From positions 1-39,674 of the forward strand of contig JAANOX010000051.1 in NCBI GenBank assembly GCA_020184695.1: 39,674 nt of DNA. Direction: 5' to 3'. Source of the DNA: Histomonas meleagridis 2922-C6/04-290x. Its lineage: Eukaryota > Protista > Parabasalia. The notes beneath the pieces were generated by a model that saw only the letters and a list, made by a program, of their open reading frames with translations, did not search any database and was not told the origin of the DNA. Numbering within the stretch: position 1 is the first letter of the stretch; each line of letters opens with the position of its first letter. This document shows positions 1-12,180 of the stretch, in pieces. The translations under genes and the position numbers were made by a program.

Positions 1-206
1 TCAATAAACGATAACTATGAATTTTGAATGTTCCGAAATAAATTAATGTTATGACAAAATAAATTGAATGAATTCATTTTTCAATCAACGATACTAATCG
101 TTTTATTCTTGAATCATTTGTATTTTGTTTTAAAATGTGACTTTATTCATAATAAGCATAATATACACGTTAGCAACATACTAACAATGAAATAACATTT
201 TTATAC

Positions 207-294
207 ATGAAATATATGATGTGCACATATGAAATATATGATGTGCACATATGAAATATATGATATGCACATATGAAATATATGATATGCACAT
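207..294 (+). repeat. 22-bp tandem array (4 copies) in left TIR
   Basis: Unit ATGAAATATATGAT(G/A)TGCACAT starts at 207, 229, 251 and 273. Confidence 0.95.
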
Positions 295-778
295 ATTAAC
301 AATGAAATATCATATTCATACTAGTAATATGATGGAATAAAAGAATAATGAAAATGTGATATCAATCATTGAATAAATTGAATTCGAATTGAATTTTTTC
401 AATGGCATGCTATCTTTTTCAATCATAATCATTCGATTATTTATAAGTAACCGTCACATTTAATTTTTTATTTCGAATTTCTGTTTTGTAGCTATAGGAT
501 AAATAACATACTCTGATTTTGATATATTTTAATCTATTTATAAAATATAATATATTTACTATGTTTTCAACTTGAAAGAATAAACTATGTATCAAAATTG
601 ATTTATCTGTTGAATTTTTGAAACTATATAATTATCTCAAAAATTGTGTCTAAACGTCATGCATTTGCAAATATTTGTATGTTAACGTCTCTTTTTAAAT
701 TAAAAGTAGAAATATTGAAAAAAATTGTTATATACTTTATTTTGCGTATAACGTATATAGTTCAATATCATTTTATTA

Positions 779-1657
779 ATGATGAATATCCATTCCGGAA
801 GCTTGGACTTCAACGAAATATTGCGATTTATTCACAACAATGTCCCTGCTATTGAAATCGCCATTTACTATGGTATCGTTCAAAATCCAAATATGCTCAG
901 AATGTGCCCAAAATGTAACAGTTTTATGACATTTTATCCACATGAAAGATTCTACCGATGTCGGAATCGAAAATGCGATTGTCATCTTTCTATTTGACAT
1001 CCTCTCCCCAGAAACAATGGAACAATTAATGACAATGAGTTCTTCCTTGTTTATGCATGCTTCTGTATGGATTATCCAATTCATATAGCTGCATCGATAA
1101 TAGGGATTAGTGATGATGCATGTTCGCATCATTATCAGAAGTTCAGAGAACAAGCAGTACTAAAAACCATTTATGAAATGAGTAATTTCCCCCTTGGCTC
1201 AATTGTCCAAGTTGATGAATCTCTTTTCACCAAAATAAAAGATAACAAAGGGAGGAAAGTTATGCCAATATGGGTTTTTGGAGCATGCGAAACTATTAAA
1301 TGAGGCAAATGCTACTTTACCATTGTTCCTAAAAAAGATAAACAAAATCTAGAAAGATGTATAGGACAATGGGTAAACGTAGGCTCGACAGTGATTTCTG
1401 ATCAATGGGGAGGTTATATTGATTTACAAAGAAAAAGATATTTCCATTTCACTGTAAATCATAGTAAGAATTTTGTTGATCCAATTACCAAAGTTCATAC
1501 TGAAAGGATTGAATCAATGCGGAGTGCTGTAAAGCAATGGAAAAGGATTCATAAGTACAAAGATCGTAATTATTTAGAAGATTACATTAACGAATTTTGC
1601 TACCGCTATAATCACAAAAGTGATATACTCACTTTCATGAGAAATCTATATCAATAA
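779..1657 (+). pseudogene. Merlin/ISXO2-like DDE transposase, two in-frame TGA stops
   Basis: ORFs 779-997, 1067-1303 and 1391-1657 share one frame and are separated only by TGA at 995 and 1301. Motifs: Zn ribbon CPKC..CRNRKC, VQVDESLF, GRK..WVFG, ISDQWGGY, TVNHSKNFVDP.TKVHTERIES, YINEFCYRY. Confidence 0.9.
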
Positions 1658-1770
1658 AAATCACATAATTAAATATCATTTTAATGGTAAATAATAGTAA
1701 TGATATGTATTCGATATTAATATTTTATATGTAGAATAATATTTATGTTTTTAAGATGTTGATTATTTCA

Positions 1771-1925
1771 TGTGTGCATATCATATATTTCATATGTGCA
1801 CATCATATATTTCATATGTGCACATCATATATTTCATATGTGCATATCATATATTTCATATGTGCATATCATATATTTCATATGTGCACATCATATATTT
1901 CATATGTGCACATCATATATTTCAT
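1771..1925 (-). repeat. 22-bp tandem array (7 copies) in right TIR
   Basis: Seven head-to-tail copies of ATGTGCA(C/T)ATCATATATTTCAT, the reverse complement of the left unit. Confidence 0.95.
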
Positions 1926-2170
1926 GTATAAAAATGTTATTTCATTGTTAGTATGTTGCTAACGTGTATATTATGCTTATTATGAATAAAGTCACATTTT
2001 AAAACAAAATACAAATGATTCAAGAATAAAACGATTAGTATCGTTGATTGAAAAATGAATTCATTCAATTTATTTTGTCATAACAGAGGGAGTGACAATC
2101 CATTTGAATAAAAAACGATCAAGTTCACTTTTCATAACCTTATAATTAAAATCAATTGTATTTTATCAAT

Positions 2171-4393
2171 ATGGAAGCTTCTAGAAAGAAGATTCAAGTA
2201 CAAAACATATACAGAAAACAAAACTCAATTCTCGAAAGTCAGGCTTCAAAAATTCATGAGCTTTTGAATGAAATTCGATGTTTAAATGAACATTTAAATT
2301 TTTTGAATCAAAAAAATCAGGCACTTTTACAAGAGAACAACAAATTACATTTATTGGTGTCTCAGCTTCGAAGTGCAAATACACATCTTAATTCAGTAAA
2401 CGCCAAAATCGAACAGGAGGAACAATTTCTTCTGGAAAATTTATCTTCGATTCAAAAAGGAAAACAGTCCATTGAAAATTTTTTTAACGATTATAATCGA
2501 TTGAAAATGCAAATTTGCAAACTGAAAAAAGAAAATCACCAATTGTTATTAAATTTAAAAGATTCTAATAATCAAATCGAAGAATTAAACAAAGAACAAA
2601 AAGAATTATTAATTTTAAGAACAACAACCAACAAACTATTTGATGTTTTATATCAAAATTCGATTCAAAATAGCACAAAAATAAGAAATAATTATCCAGT
2701 TCAAATTCGTGATATTCTCACAATCATTAGTTTTGTTGGCAAAAATTGGCATTCAATTTTGCGCCAAATATTTGATTTGCCTTGTTTCAGGACGGTTCAA
2801 AGATATCGTAAAAATTATCGTGAAAAATTTAATATTTCAATTGATATTATTGACGGTTCAATTGAACATTTGAATCAACTAAAAAATATATTTGTGAATA
2901 GTCGAGATTTAAGATTTGTATTGTCTATGGATGCAATTTCTTTAAAATCTTATGTGAGTATTTTGCCTGATGGAACCGTTAATGGATTATAATTTATAAA
3001 GTAAATACCTGAGGAGTTTGCACGCAAATGTATAGAAAATAATAATCAGTTTGAATTATTTGTTAAATTTAATAAATTACAAATTGAGAATTATGTATTT
3101 ACAATTTATTTGTGTTCTTTGAATCCACAAATGAAATCTTTCCCGATTGTATTAATTCCTGATACAAAAGGGAATTGTACTGACAATATATTAGATATAT
3201 TTGAAAAAACAAAACAAAATTTACTTAATTTAAATTTTAAAATAATTGGAAGTGCATTTGATGGAGATACAGAGTTTTTTGAAATATTAACAGAAAAATA
3301 TAAGAATATATTAAAATTAGAAAATTATGACTTTAATTTGGAGTTTGATGGAAATTTATTTTTTGAAAAAGACAATTTCATGTTTAGCGATCCTTTGCAT
3401 CTTTTGATATGTGCTAGATATCGACTTGTTAATGAGGTTTCTAAATTTTGTTTTTTCACAATAGATCATCCCTCAATACAATCAAATTTATATTTAGAGA
3501 TTGGTATTCCTCATTATTCGATAGATTCTCATAAATCCAAAAAAATGGAAGACGGTTTACCATTAGAATTTTTTGATTTTAAATATTTGTATAATTCCAG
3601 ATTACAAAACCGAATTGATCTTTATTTTTCTCTTTTTCCATTCGTCATGCTTCGTGAGGCAATATTTAATGAGAATTTAACAATTAACAATCGACATGAA
3701 TGTTTAGAAAAAGGATTATGCTTTGTTATGATTTATGCAATTTGCATGAAATATTATTATAAACTCAAAAAAGAGGAAAAAACCGAAAATAATTTTGTCA
3801 AAGAATTTAACCAACAAATGAGAAGATCTATAAATTGTGTTGGTATTACTATTTTGGATAAACAAAGTTGTATTAAATATGTTACACTTGTAGCATCTTT
3901 AATTCCACAACTATATCAAAAAAATGAAACATCAATGGGTGCATTTGGCACACATTTAACTGAGCATTTTTTTTCAAAGTTGAGGAGAATATCCCATGGT
4001 GATAACCGTTCTGACGTGTTTGCATGGGCATTGATACAAGATTTAGTGTTTGAAGAATTGTGCAAAAATCTTGAGATAAATATTCAAGTTCCAAAAAGAT
4101 TATCTTCAAGCGGTGTAATTCTCAAACCACAAAAAAATCAGAAAATGAATGCTTTTGGAAATTCGATTGAATCTATGCTCAAGTTATTTTCAAAATATTT
4201 TGTATTTTCCCCATTTATTCATTTATTCCCATTTTCTTTCCAGGACAATGAATACATTTTCTTTGAGGATGAATTTTCGCAACCCAGTTATTCGAATCGA
4301 TTTGTCTCAACTTGAAAGTTAGGAATAGTAGCAACAGGTGGATTAAATCCATTAAAAAATTTCATTTCACATTCACAAATAAACCAATTTTAA
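2171..4393 (+). pseudogene. P-element/THAP9-like DDE transposase with N-terminal coiled coil
   Basis: One frame with in-frame stops at 2990, 3002 (TAA) and 4313 (TGA). Motifs VLSMDAISLK, SAFDGD, SDPLHLL..ARYRL (D-x2-H) and TEHFFSKLR..G.N match the P-superfamily catalytic core. TIRs were not found. Confidence 0.65.
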
Positions 4394-5261
4394 TATAAAA
4401 AAATAGATAAAAAAGTAAAATAAATTCTATTTTTTTATTAAAAATATTTTTGTTTAAAAATAAGAAAATTAATAAGATTGAATTCAATCTTTTATCTCCA
4501 TTTTTGTTGATTTGTCTTTGAATTTATCAATTTCACTTTCTAAAATAGAATGTCAATCTATGTGTCTATTTTTTGTCTTTAAATTTTCTTTTATTGCAGA
4601 ATTTTTACTCTGTAATTTAAACATATAATGATGGAAAACTTGAAAATATAAGGTTACCATGAAAATTTTGTGAAAAATCTGTTTATATGAAACACATCGA
4701 ACATTTTTTGTTCATTTAAATTGAAATTTGCAGAGCGTAAATGCTTGAAATCATATCTACAAAGTCAAAGACATTTCGTTCCTGTAAAAATTATGAAAAA
4801 TAGCTTTTCAGAATTGTTTACCTGATTTATCAGAATATAAATTCAATAGAATAATCCACTAATAATGTGAAACATTGCAATAAATTTATTTGAAATTTGG
4901 TACAGACAATTTTGCGAAATTGTTATTTTTAGAATTTTACGATAGCTACACAATTTTCATTTTTTTACAATTATTTTTAATCGTGTTTTTCACTTTTCCT
5001 ATGTATCGAACTTTTTGAATGATTTACATCCTCCCTCCAACCGTCAAAGTTCATCGTTTTGCTCACAATTTTTTGAATTCGAAGTTAGGGTTTGTAAAAA
5101 AAATATTTATAAGTTTACATAGACATATATTCAAATATTGAATGAAAATACGGTTATTTGAATTCTAAATAATCGGTGTTCAAGGAATTTTTTCGACTTA
5201 TTATGGGAAAAGTGTCTTTATCGTTGATCGAAAATGAATATGATATGATCGTCTGACGTGA

Positions 5262-5783
5262 TTGTCACCCTTATTAATAATAAGCGGACTCCATTGTAAC
5301 AATTGTCATGTGCGTTCTAACAACAACACTGAAATTTCAAATCATCTTAATCTTGATAAATTTTTAGCCAAAAAAGCAGAACAAGCAGAAGAAGACGCTA
5401 AAAAAGAAGCTGAATAAGAGCACCAAGTAATCATTGAGGAGGAAGATGGTGGCGAATTTGATGATTCTCAATGTCGTGATATTTTTGTTACTACTGAATG
5501 TTTACTTTGTGGCAAAACATTTGAAAACGAATACATTGCTCTTGAGCATTTGTGTTTGCATGGATTTAGGTTCCAATATCCAGAAAAAATTAAAGAAAGA
5601 AAAAGACTTGTTGAACACATTGTCGGGGAAGTTGTTGTTGATAATTGTTGTGTGTGTTGTTCTTGTCAATTCAAGTCGCTTTCTGCCATTCGTCCACCGT
5701 ACAAGTAAATGCCGCATAAGGCGATTGACTTCGGCATATTGCCAGTGATGTGTCGTTCTTCTGTAAAAATTATACCTGTTTAA
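5262..5783 (+). pseudogene. Rei1/ZNF622-like C2H2 zinc-finger protein remnant
   Basis: Frame absent from the ORF track: HCNNCHVRSNNNTEISNHL...ECLLCGKTFENEYIALEHLCLHGFRFQYPEKIKERKRLVEHIVGEVVVDNCCVCCSCQFKSLSAIRPPYK*MPHKAIDF, with TAA at 5415 and 5706. The C/H spacing resembles the paired zinc fingers of Rei1/ZNF622. Confidence 0.55.
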
Positions 5784-6025
5784 ATTACAAACTTTGTTTG
5801 AAATTTACGGTTGATGTATTTTGTTACAAAAGGTTCAAATCCGAATTAAAAAGGTGGTCATGAAAAAGTGTACAACTCTTAGACTTCAATCCCTTTGTAC
5901 ACAGAACCTTACTGTAAAAATTCAGTACTTTTTTCTGAAAAAGTGGTCGATGCAACATCGCTTCCATAAATGCTCACATGACAAAACAATGATCATCCCT
6001 CAGCTGGTGGCTTAGTATGTGTTAG

Positions 6026-6421
6026 GAAACAAAGGGGTGCAGTGATGATACCATTGGTAATGGAAGATGTAATTCGTGTTGATTGCAAAATATTTGGATA
6101 TCCATAAATATGATCAGAAGAACATTTGAATGGTCTTTTGGGTTCGATAAAGGGTTGAAGTTTGATGAATGGCCAATATCACAACAAAAATTTGAATTTT
6201 GAAATATTTCAACCAAGATGAAAATGGAAGAAGAGTGTTGAAAGACAAAGCACCATACAACACACAATGATGAAGGAAATATGAAGATTGGAGGTATGCA
6301 AGATAATACGAGATATATTGGATCAATTGATACTGTCATAATATGGAAAAACGGATTTGTAACGTGTAACGACTTGGTTACTTGGTGTAATTGTAAGATA
6401 ATATTATCAGAATATCTCTAA
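6026..6421 (+). pseudogene. Unidentified decayed ORF remnant
   Basis: A 132-codon frame with only three internal TGA stops and protein-like composition (RRTFEWSFGFDKGLKFDEWPISQQ...). No family recognised. Confidence 0.25.
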
Positions 6422-7959
6422 TAACATTTGAAATTATGATTGTTATTACAAAATCTGGTTGGTTACATAAGTGAAAAAAAGAGATTATTGATAGTATCAT
6501 GAAATATAATATGATTCATATTTTTTTTTTTTCCTCTTCTTTGGAGAGCATAATTTTTAATTATGGTCATTGCTTGCACTCTGTTTTGCAAAAAGATTAT
6601 AAAATTACAAGGAACAGAACCCAGCAAATGGAAATGAGACTTTAAAAATTTCTCGCATTTAGCCGATGAAAAACACAAACATTTGATTAGCTCTAACAAA
6701 AGTAAATTGAAATTGTGCACAATTTCTTATCAAAAAGTTGTTTTTTTTTTTTTTTTGAAACTTTTTGAATTAATTTCCGTTGCTCGAGAATTAACGCTCA
6801 AGAATGTCGTCTTTCTGTCTTAAAAAAACAAAAAACTTCAAGCACCATGGATCATCAATCAGTTATGCCAATATGTGAAAAACAGTAAACCAAATAATCT
6901 GATTTTATGTAATTGATCTCCTTCTGAAGAATTTATGAAAAGGTTTATCATTAAATTGTATTATTGGTATGAAGGATATCTTTGAGTAACAAAGTTGAAC
7001 AAAAATCATCCAAATTGTTTGAAAAAACCTTGTGATTAATTAAACAACTCTTTTTCCAAAATGTTCACTTAAATAACTTTAAAGAATGCTTTAAGGTGGT
7101 GAAGACTTTCATAAAGATTTTGTAATTTAAGATCATAACAAATTGATTCTTTAATTGAAGTTGAGACGAGTTTATTATATGAATGTAGTTTGTTTCACTC
7201 CATGCAAGAAAGAAAGTGATAAAATCTTTTATCGGAAAGAAATCGAGAAACAGCATATAAAGATGACATTAATTTACTTCCATTAGTCGCACCATTGATT
7301 CCACTGAAAAAAACCGCCTGAAATTCTCAAATCATTCAATTTATGAGTAAACTATTCACTTCAGAATTTTCGCTCTATGTAGCTGTACAAACAATCCCAA
7401 TAGACAGGAAATAATAATCATTGAAATTAATGTATTGATGATAATACCCCGGAAAAATATGTGCTTTATTAAAAAATAATCTAATTGACATTTAAAAAAG
7501 AAAATAGATTGAATATTTTAATACAAAAATCATCGAAATTTTAGTAAAAACCATAAAAAAAACCATAATAAGGTATTATCACAGATAAAAAAAGTATTAC
7601 CCAAGGTAATATAATATACTTACTTCTGCTATTTGAACACATAATGTATTTTTACCATAATAATTCTGAATTTCAGATTTTTTCTTTAAAATAATATATT
7701 ATCATTTACTTTTCTTATAATGCATTATTTATTTGGACAACATTATTGTAAAAATAACTAATAGAAAACAAAGAAAAAAACAAAAAAGAAGATGCATTGT
7801 ATATGATATCCATTATTATATGATAATTTTTTATCTCTACATTTTAAAATATTAAGTCATTAAGCCCACAAAATTTTGTCTCGAATCTATTGTTAATGAA
7901 TGCAATAAAATTAAATAATATTTAAGTGTTGATTTATTAAGTTTTGTTATGTTAAATAA

Positions 7960-8655
7960 TTATTCATTAGGTGGAATGTCTGTATGGGTTGTTCCAAATA
8001 AAATGAATGCTCTTTCGATACTTTTCTTTTGTTGTTCTTTTTGTTTCAATTTTCTCTTCTTAATATGTTCTGCTATTTCATTCACTCAACCTGATTCGTT
8101 ACTTTCTTCATCATCTTTTTTTTTAATTTTCTTCGGCGCTTCTTTCAGCACAAGTCGACCTCTTTTATACAATTCGAGCCCTTTTTACTCTAAATTCTGT
8201 GGTTGCTTCATTATTCGTTATATTGTTTCACTCAAATCATTTTAATCATATTCATCTTCGTCTTATCTACATCTAATTCTATGTCATTATTATCAATACT
8301 TTGCGTTTCATCTGTTTTATTATTTCTACATCTTAAATTCTTATTAACTTCTTTTAAGTGCATTACTTAAAAGTTTTTCTTCATTAAGTGGGAAACATTC
8401 AGTAACTTTCTCTATACAAAACATTGATATACACTTATCTATTAATTTATGGCATTTGCATTTAATTTCATAATTAATTCCAATTATTTTCATATTACCA
8501 AGTTGTGAAGATTCAACAAATTTTGGTAATCGAGAAATTAATGTTTTCGAAAATTGTAATCCACGTAAAAAAGGATGCTGATTCTAATCCGAGATCTTAG
8601 AGCATCTATCATTCCCGAATCATTTAATAATAGTGACTATTTCATTTTTTAACAT
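7960..8655 (-). pseudogene. Unidentified decayed ORF remnant
   Basis: Protein-like segments (RLPKFVESSQLGNMKIIGINYEIKCKCHKL...; KGLELYKRGRLVLKEAPKKIKK...) broken by stops and a frameshift. Confidence 0.25.
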
Positions 8656-8824
8656 TAATTTTTCGGTCAATAAAAATAGAAATCATCAAACAGAATTATC
8701 TAAATTAATTAAGTGAATGAAAAAGAATTATTGTTAATAGCCAAAATTATTATTGTAATGGAATCAAATTTCAAAGTGATGCTATTTGAAGTAAGTTTTT
8801 TTAAAACAAAATTATTGGATTAGC

Positions 8825-10785
8825 TTAAATTTTACTTGATTGCTCATTACTTTTATGAACAGATTGATATCTTTGTTTTCGAATAACAAGAACAAGAATG
8901 ACTACTGCCACTAAAACAACAATTATAGAAACAGAAACTGTTACAGACATAACAATTGTATTTGTTTTGTTTTTCTTGAGCAGCATTTTCTTCTTCTTGA
9001 CGTTCTTCATTTTTTTTTTTTTTTTCTTGCAATATTTGGTCAAATTCCTGTTCATTGTGTGCTTTGTCTAATTTTTCGATGTAATCTTTTTGCATATCGC
9101 CCAATTTATCTAACTTTTTGATTTCTTCTTTTACTGTTTCTCTCTTTTCGAAAACTACTTTTAGCTCTTTATTCTTTGATTGTGCTTTTGTAACAACTTC
9201 TTTAATTGATTCTTTATCTTTTGCTTTATTGATTTCTTCTTCAAAATCTTTAACTGAATCGCTTTTAAGGTAAGGCAATTTTTTGATTGTATCTTTTGCT
9301 GATGTTTTTTGTGTATTTTCGTTTTCCTTTGATTTATTTTTCAGCTTTTAGTTATATTTCATTGATTTTATCTAGTGTACTTGTTTTTACTATTTGTGCT
9401 TTGTACTTTTCTTTTTCCTTTTCATCTAAAAAAATGTTAAATTAATAATTTTTATATGATACTTGTGTTTTAACATGATCATTATAATCAGAAAAATGCT
9501 TTTTTTGGCCAATTGATTGAATTAATTTTATTTTATCTTTATAATTCTGATACTTAATCTTGTCTATATTATAAAATGCTTATTCTCCAATCGTTGTAAC
9601 TGTTTCTTCTATCTTTAGTTTTAGAATTTTTATAAAAGAAGTTTTTTTCCATGGAACTTGTGTTGCATTTTTCGAAATTTCTCATTGGTCCTCTTCCTTT
9701 AATAGTAAGAAGACCATTCTTTAATGTCCATTTAAGATTTCTTCCGATTAAACCTGAGTCTGTATCTTCTTTCTGATATAACAATGGTGCATTTTTTTAG
9801 GAAAAACTAAAGCTATTAAACTTATAATTATAATTACTAGTGGAAACAGGAAAATCCCAATATTCACCATCAGAATACTTGTATTGACTCAAATGATTAG
9901 TTGTATTAATTCCCATTAAAAAATTCCCTGCATTACTTGAAGTACTATCGTAAGCAAACCATTCTTCCCCAATATGAAGCCAATTCCATGCATGGAATCG
10001 TTTTTTCTTTGCTAACAATCCCATTAAGCAACGCACTTCAACTCCTGCTTGTTGTAACACAAATACCGGACATAGCAGAATAGCCATGATCTACAGCTTT
10101 TGCCCAATATAATTCCACCATATGCTGAATTTTCCATCCTTTTAGAAAAACCATATTCAACATTTTCTTTAATCCACCACCAAATTGCAACTGATTTTTC
10201 ATAATCTGTATGAAGATCATTTTCACGTCCATATCCTGTAAGATTACCTGTGGTAAATATTTCATTAACTCTTTTACGGACATCACGTTCTTCTGTTTCA
10301 TTGGTTCTCATCCCTTGTCTTAAAGTAAGTTTGATTTTAATTTGACCAGGAAACTCATTATAAGGATGACCAACTTGAAGCCATGAAATACCTGTACCGA
10401 ATGAATTTCTAGAGACAAGAAAATAACCTAAAAATGTATCATCAAGTCTATGGAAATAGTTACATGAATCATTATATGCACCCTTGAGATAAGTTCCCCA
10501 AAAAACATAAGCTATCGATGAGCTTACATTTTGATCTAAACCAGTAAGATTCATATGTTGCTCTGGAGTCATGGTAAGAATGATTTCTAAAGGTGACATC
10601 TGCCATGATGCAGTAGATTTTATTATTGTATCAACAATTTCATCATATCTATCACCAGTATAATTATTAATAAGAAGACTTTTTGTTTTGTTCTTTCCTA
10701 TAATGTCAATTGACCATAAATCTTCAGATGTATAAGAAACATGCCCAACAGCATGCATTGATAATAATATACATGCAAAAATCAT
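8825..10785 (-). pseudogene. Type I membrane surface protein: signal peptide + transglutaminase-like domain + BspA/LRR_5 cap + three GA-like helical modules + TM helix
   Basis: Joins ORFs 10024-10812, 10038-10301, 9797-10087, 9569-9784, 8853-9278 and 8825-9055 across frameshifts. Order: MIFACILLSMHAVG; TDYEKSVAIWWWIKENVEY..SAYGGIILGKAVDHGY...HAWNWLHIGEEWFAYDST; GRNLKWTLKNGLLTIKGRGPM...VPW...VTTIGE*AF; three KxxIKKLxxL...KxxIxKAxxxxxIxxI modules; IVMSVTVSVSIIVVLVAVVILVLVIRK. Confidence 0.7.
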
Positions 10786-11849
10786 TAAAATAATGTTTAG
10801 AATGGAAAACAAAATAAATGATTAAAGTTTGAAGACAAATTAACAATTTAGAATAATATAAAAAACCACTGACTAGAATTTGAACAATTGTTTATAATTT
10901 AAAAGAAAATGATCAGGTTTTTGTGTATATATGAATAAAATGTTCAATGTGGACACGTCCCTAAAAGATACTGCGAAAATTTAAAGATTTTTGGAAAACT
11001 AAAAAAAAATTAATTGAATTTTTCGGTTGAACGATAATTCAGACATATAATTAAATTATATTCAGAAATATGCTTCCATAAAATATTCCTTTTTGATGTT
11101 TATTATATCGTCTGAAATAATATGATTTTGATTAAAATTTGGTGTTTTCACATGGTAAACGGTATCAGCATGGTAATTGTCAAAACCGTTACTGGCAATT
11201 ACCAGAGAATTCAATCAATAAATAGTCGATAAAAATTCAATTTTTTTTGTACCCATTAATAATGTTTTTTATATATACTTAATACGGCATATGTATCTAT
11301 TAATAATGTTTAGCTCCTCTATTAGCATCAGCAATGCTTCCTGAACATAGCAATATATAAAGTGAATGCTAAAAGTTTCTGTGTCGTCCAGGTGGTTCCA
11401 TTTTTATAGGTTATATGTCATTTTAATCTAGCCAAGCTCAAGGTTCTTTAAAAAATCAGTCATCATGATGAACGGGACGGTTATGGCCATGCATTGTATA
11501 GTTTATATTTGTAAAGCATTTAACTCAAAAAAGAGAAATCTTTCAGTGCATAAGAACACAAAACAAGTTGGATGAATACTGTAGCACTATTAATAGAAAA
11601 TATGTTTCATAATATATTTTTAGCATATTTTAATTGGATTTGAAATTGAAATTTTTGCAATAATTATATTTTTCACTCACTCCTCAACTAAAAAAAAGTT
11701 AACATTCAAATTATTCTATATTCGCGGTTGTTTAGAGGCAAAAGGCGACAATTTACATCTGAATGATCAACTGAAAAATATTTTTCGTTAATCCATTTAA
11801 ATAAAATTAAAGGATATCAATTACAAGCAGACTGCAATTCTATTACATT

Positions 11850-12180
11850 ATTGTGTATAATGTGTTGATATAAATTTATATGTATAGCATTATTATATAT
11901 AACATCATATATAAAATATTCATGTATAATATATTCGTGTTCATTAAATATATATATACATAAAATATCTGTGTATAACATAATGCATAACATATTTATG
12001 TAATATTACATTTCCATTGTGTATAACATTATTAAATATTATATTATCATATATATATTATAATATATAACATCATTTTTAACATAATTTATAACATATT
12101 CATTGTATATAATATTATATATGATGATATTATATTTGAATATGTGAAATACATGATTATGTTATAAATAAATATGTTTC
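11850..12180. repeat. Degenerate AT-rich low-complexity/minisatellite-like tract
   Basis: Recurrent TGTGTATAAC / ATAACAT / TATATT words. No clean period could be determined by eye. Confidence 0.35.

Larger units (their letters stand above)
48..2084. mobile_element. Merlin/ISXO2 (IS1595-like) DNA transposon with long inverted repeats
   Basis: 48-~295 (GTTATGACAAAATAAATTGAATG...) is the reverse complement of ~1835-2084 (...CATTCAATTTATTTTGTCATAAC). The repeats enclose an ISXO2-type transposase. No TSD was seen, so the true outer ends may be missing. Confidence 0.85.

Noticed and set aside
207-1925. CRISPR-like appearance of the 22-bp repeats
   Set aside because: Units are head-to-tail with no spacers, lie within transposon TIRs, and no cas genes are present.
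1756-1962. 68-aa ORF with repeated HIIYFICA
   Set aside because: It is simply a translation of the 22-bp tandem array.
5258-5275. Possible right TIR of the P-like element (GATTGTCACCCT versus the reverse complement of 2085-2100)
   Set aside because: The match is only ~13 bp with a gap, does not extend, has no TSD, and lies in the zinc-finger remnant.
5434-5748. ORFs 5434-5748 (+) and 5502-5717 (-)
   Set aside because: They are alternative-frame shadows of the zinc-finger pseudogene frame.
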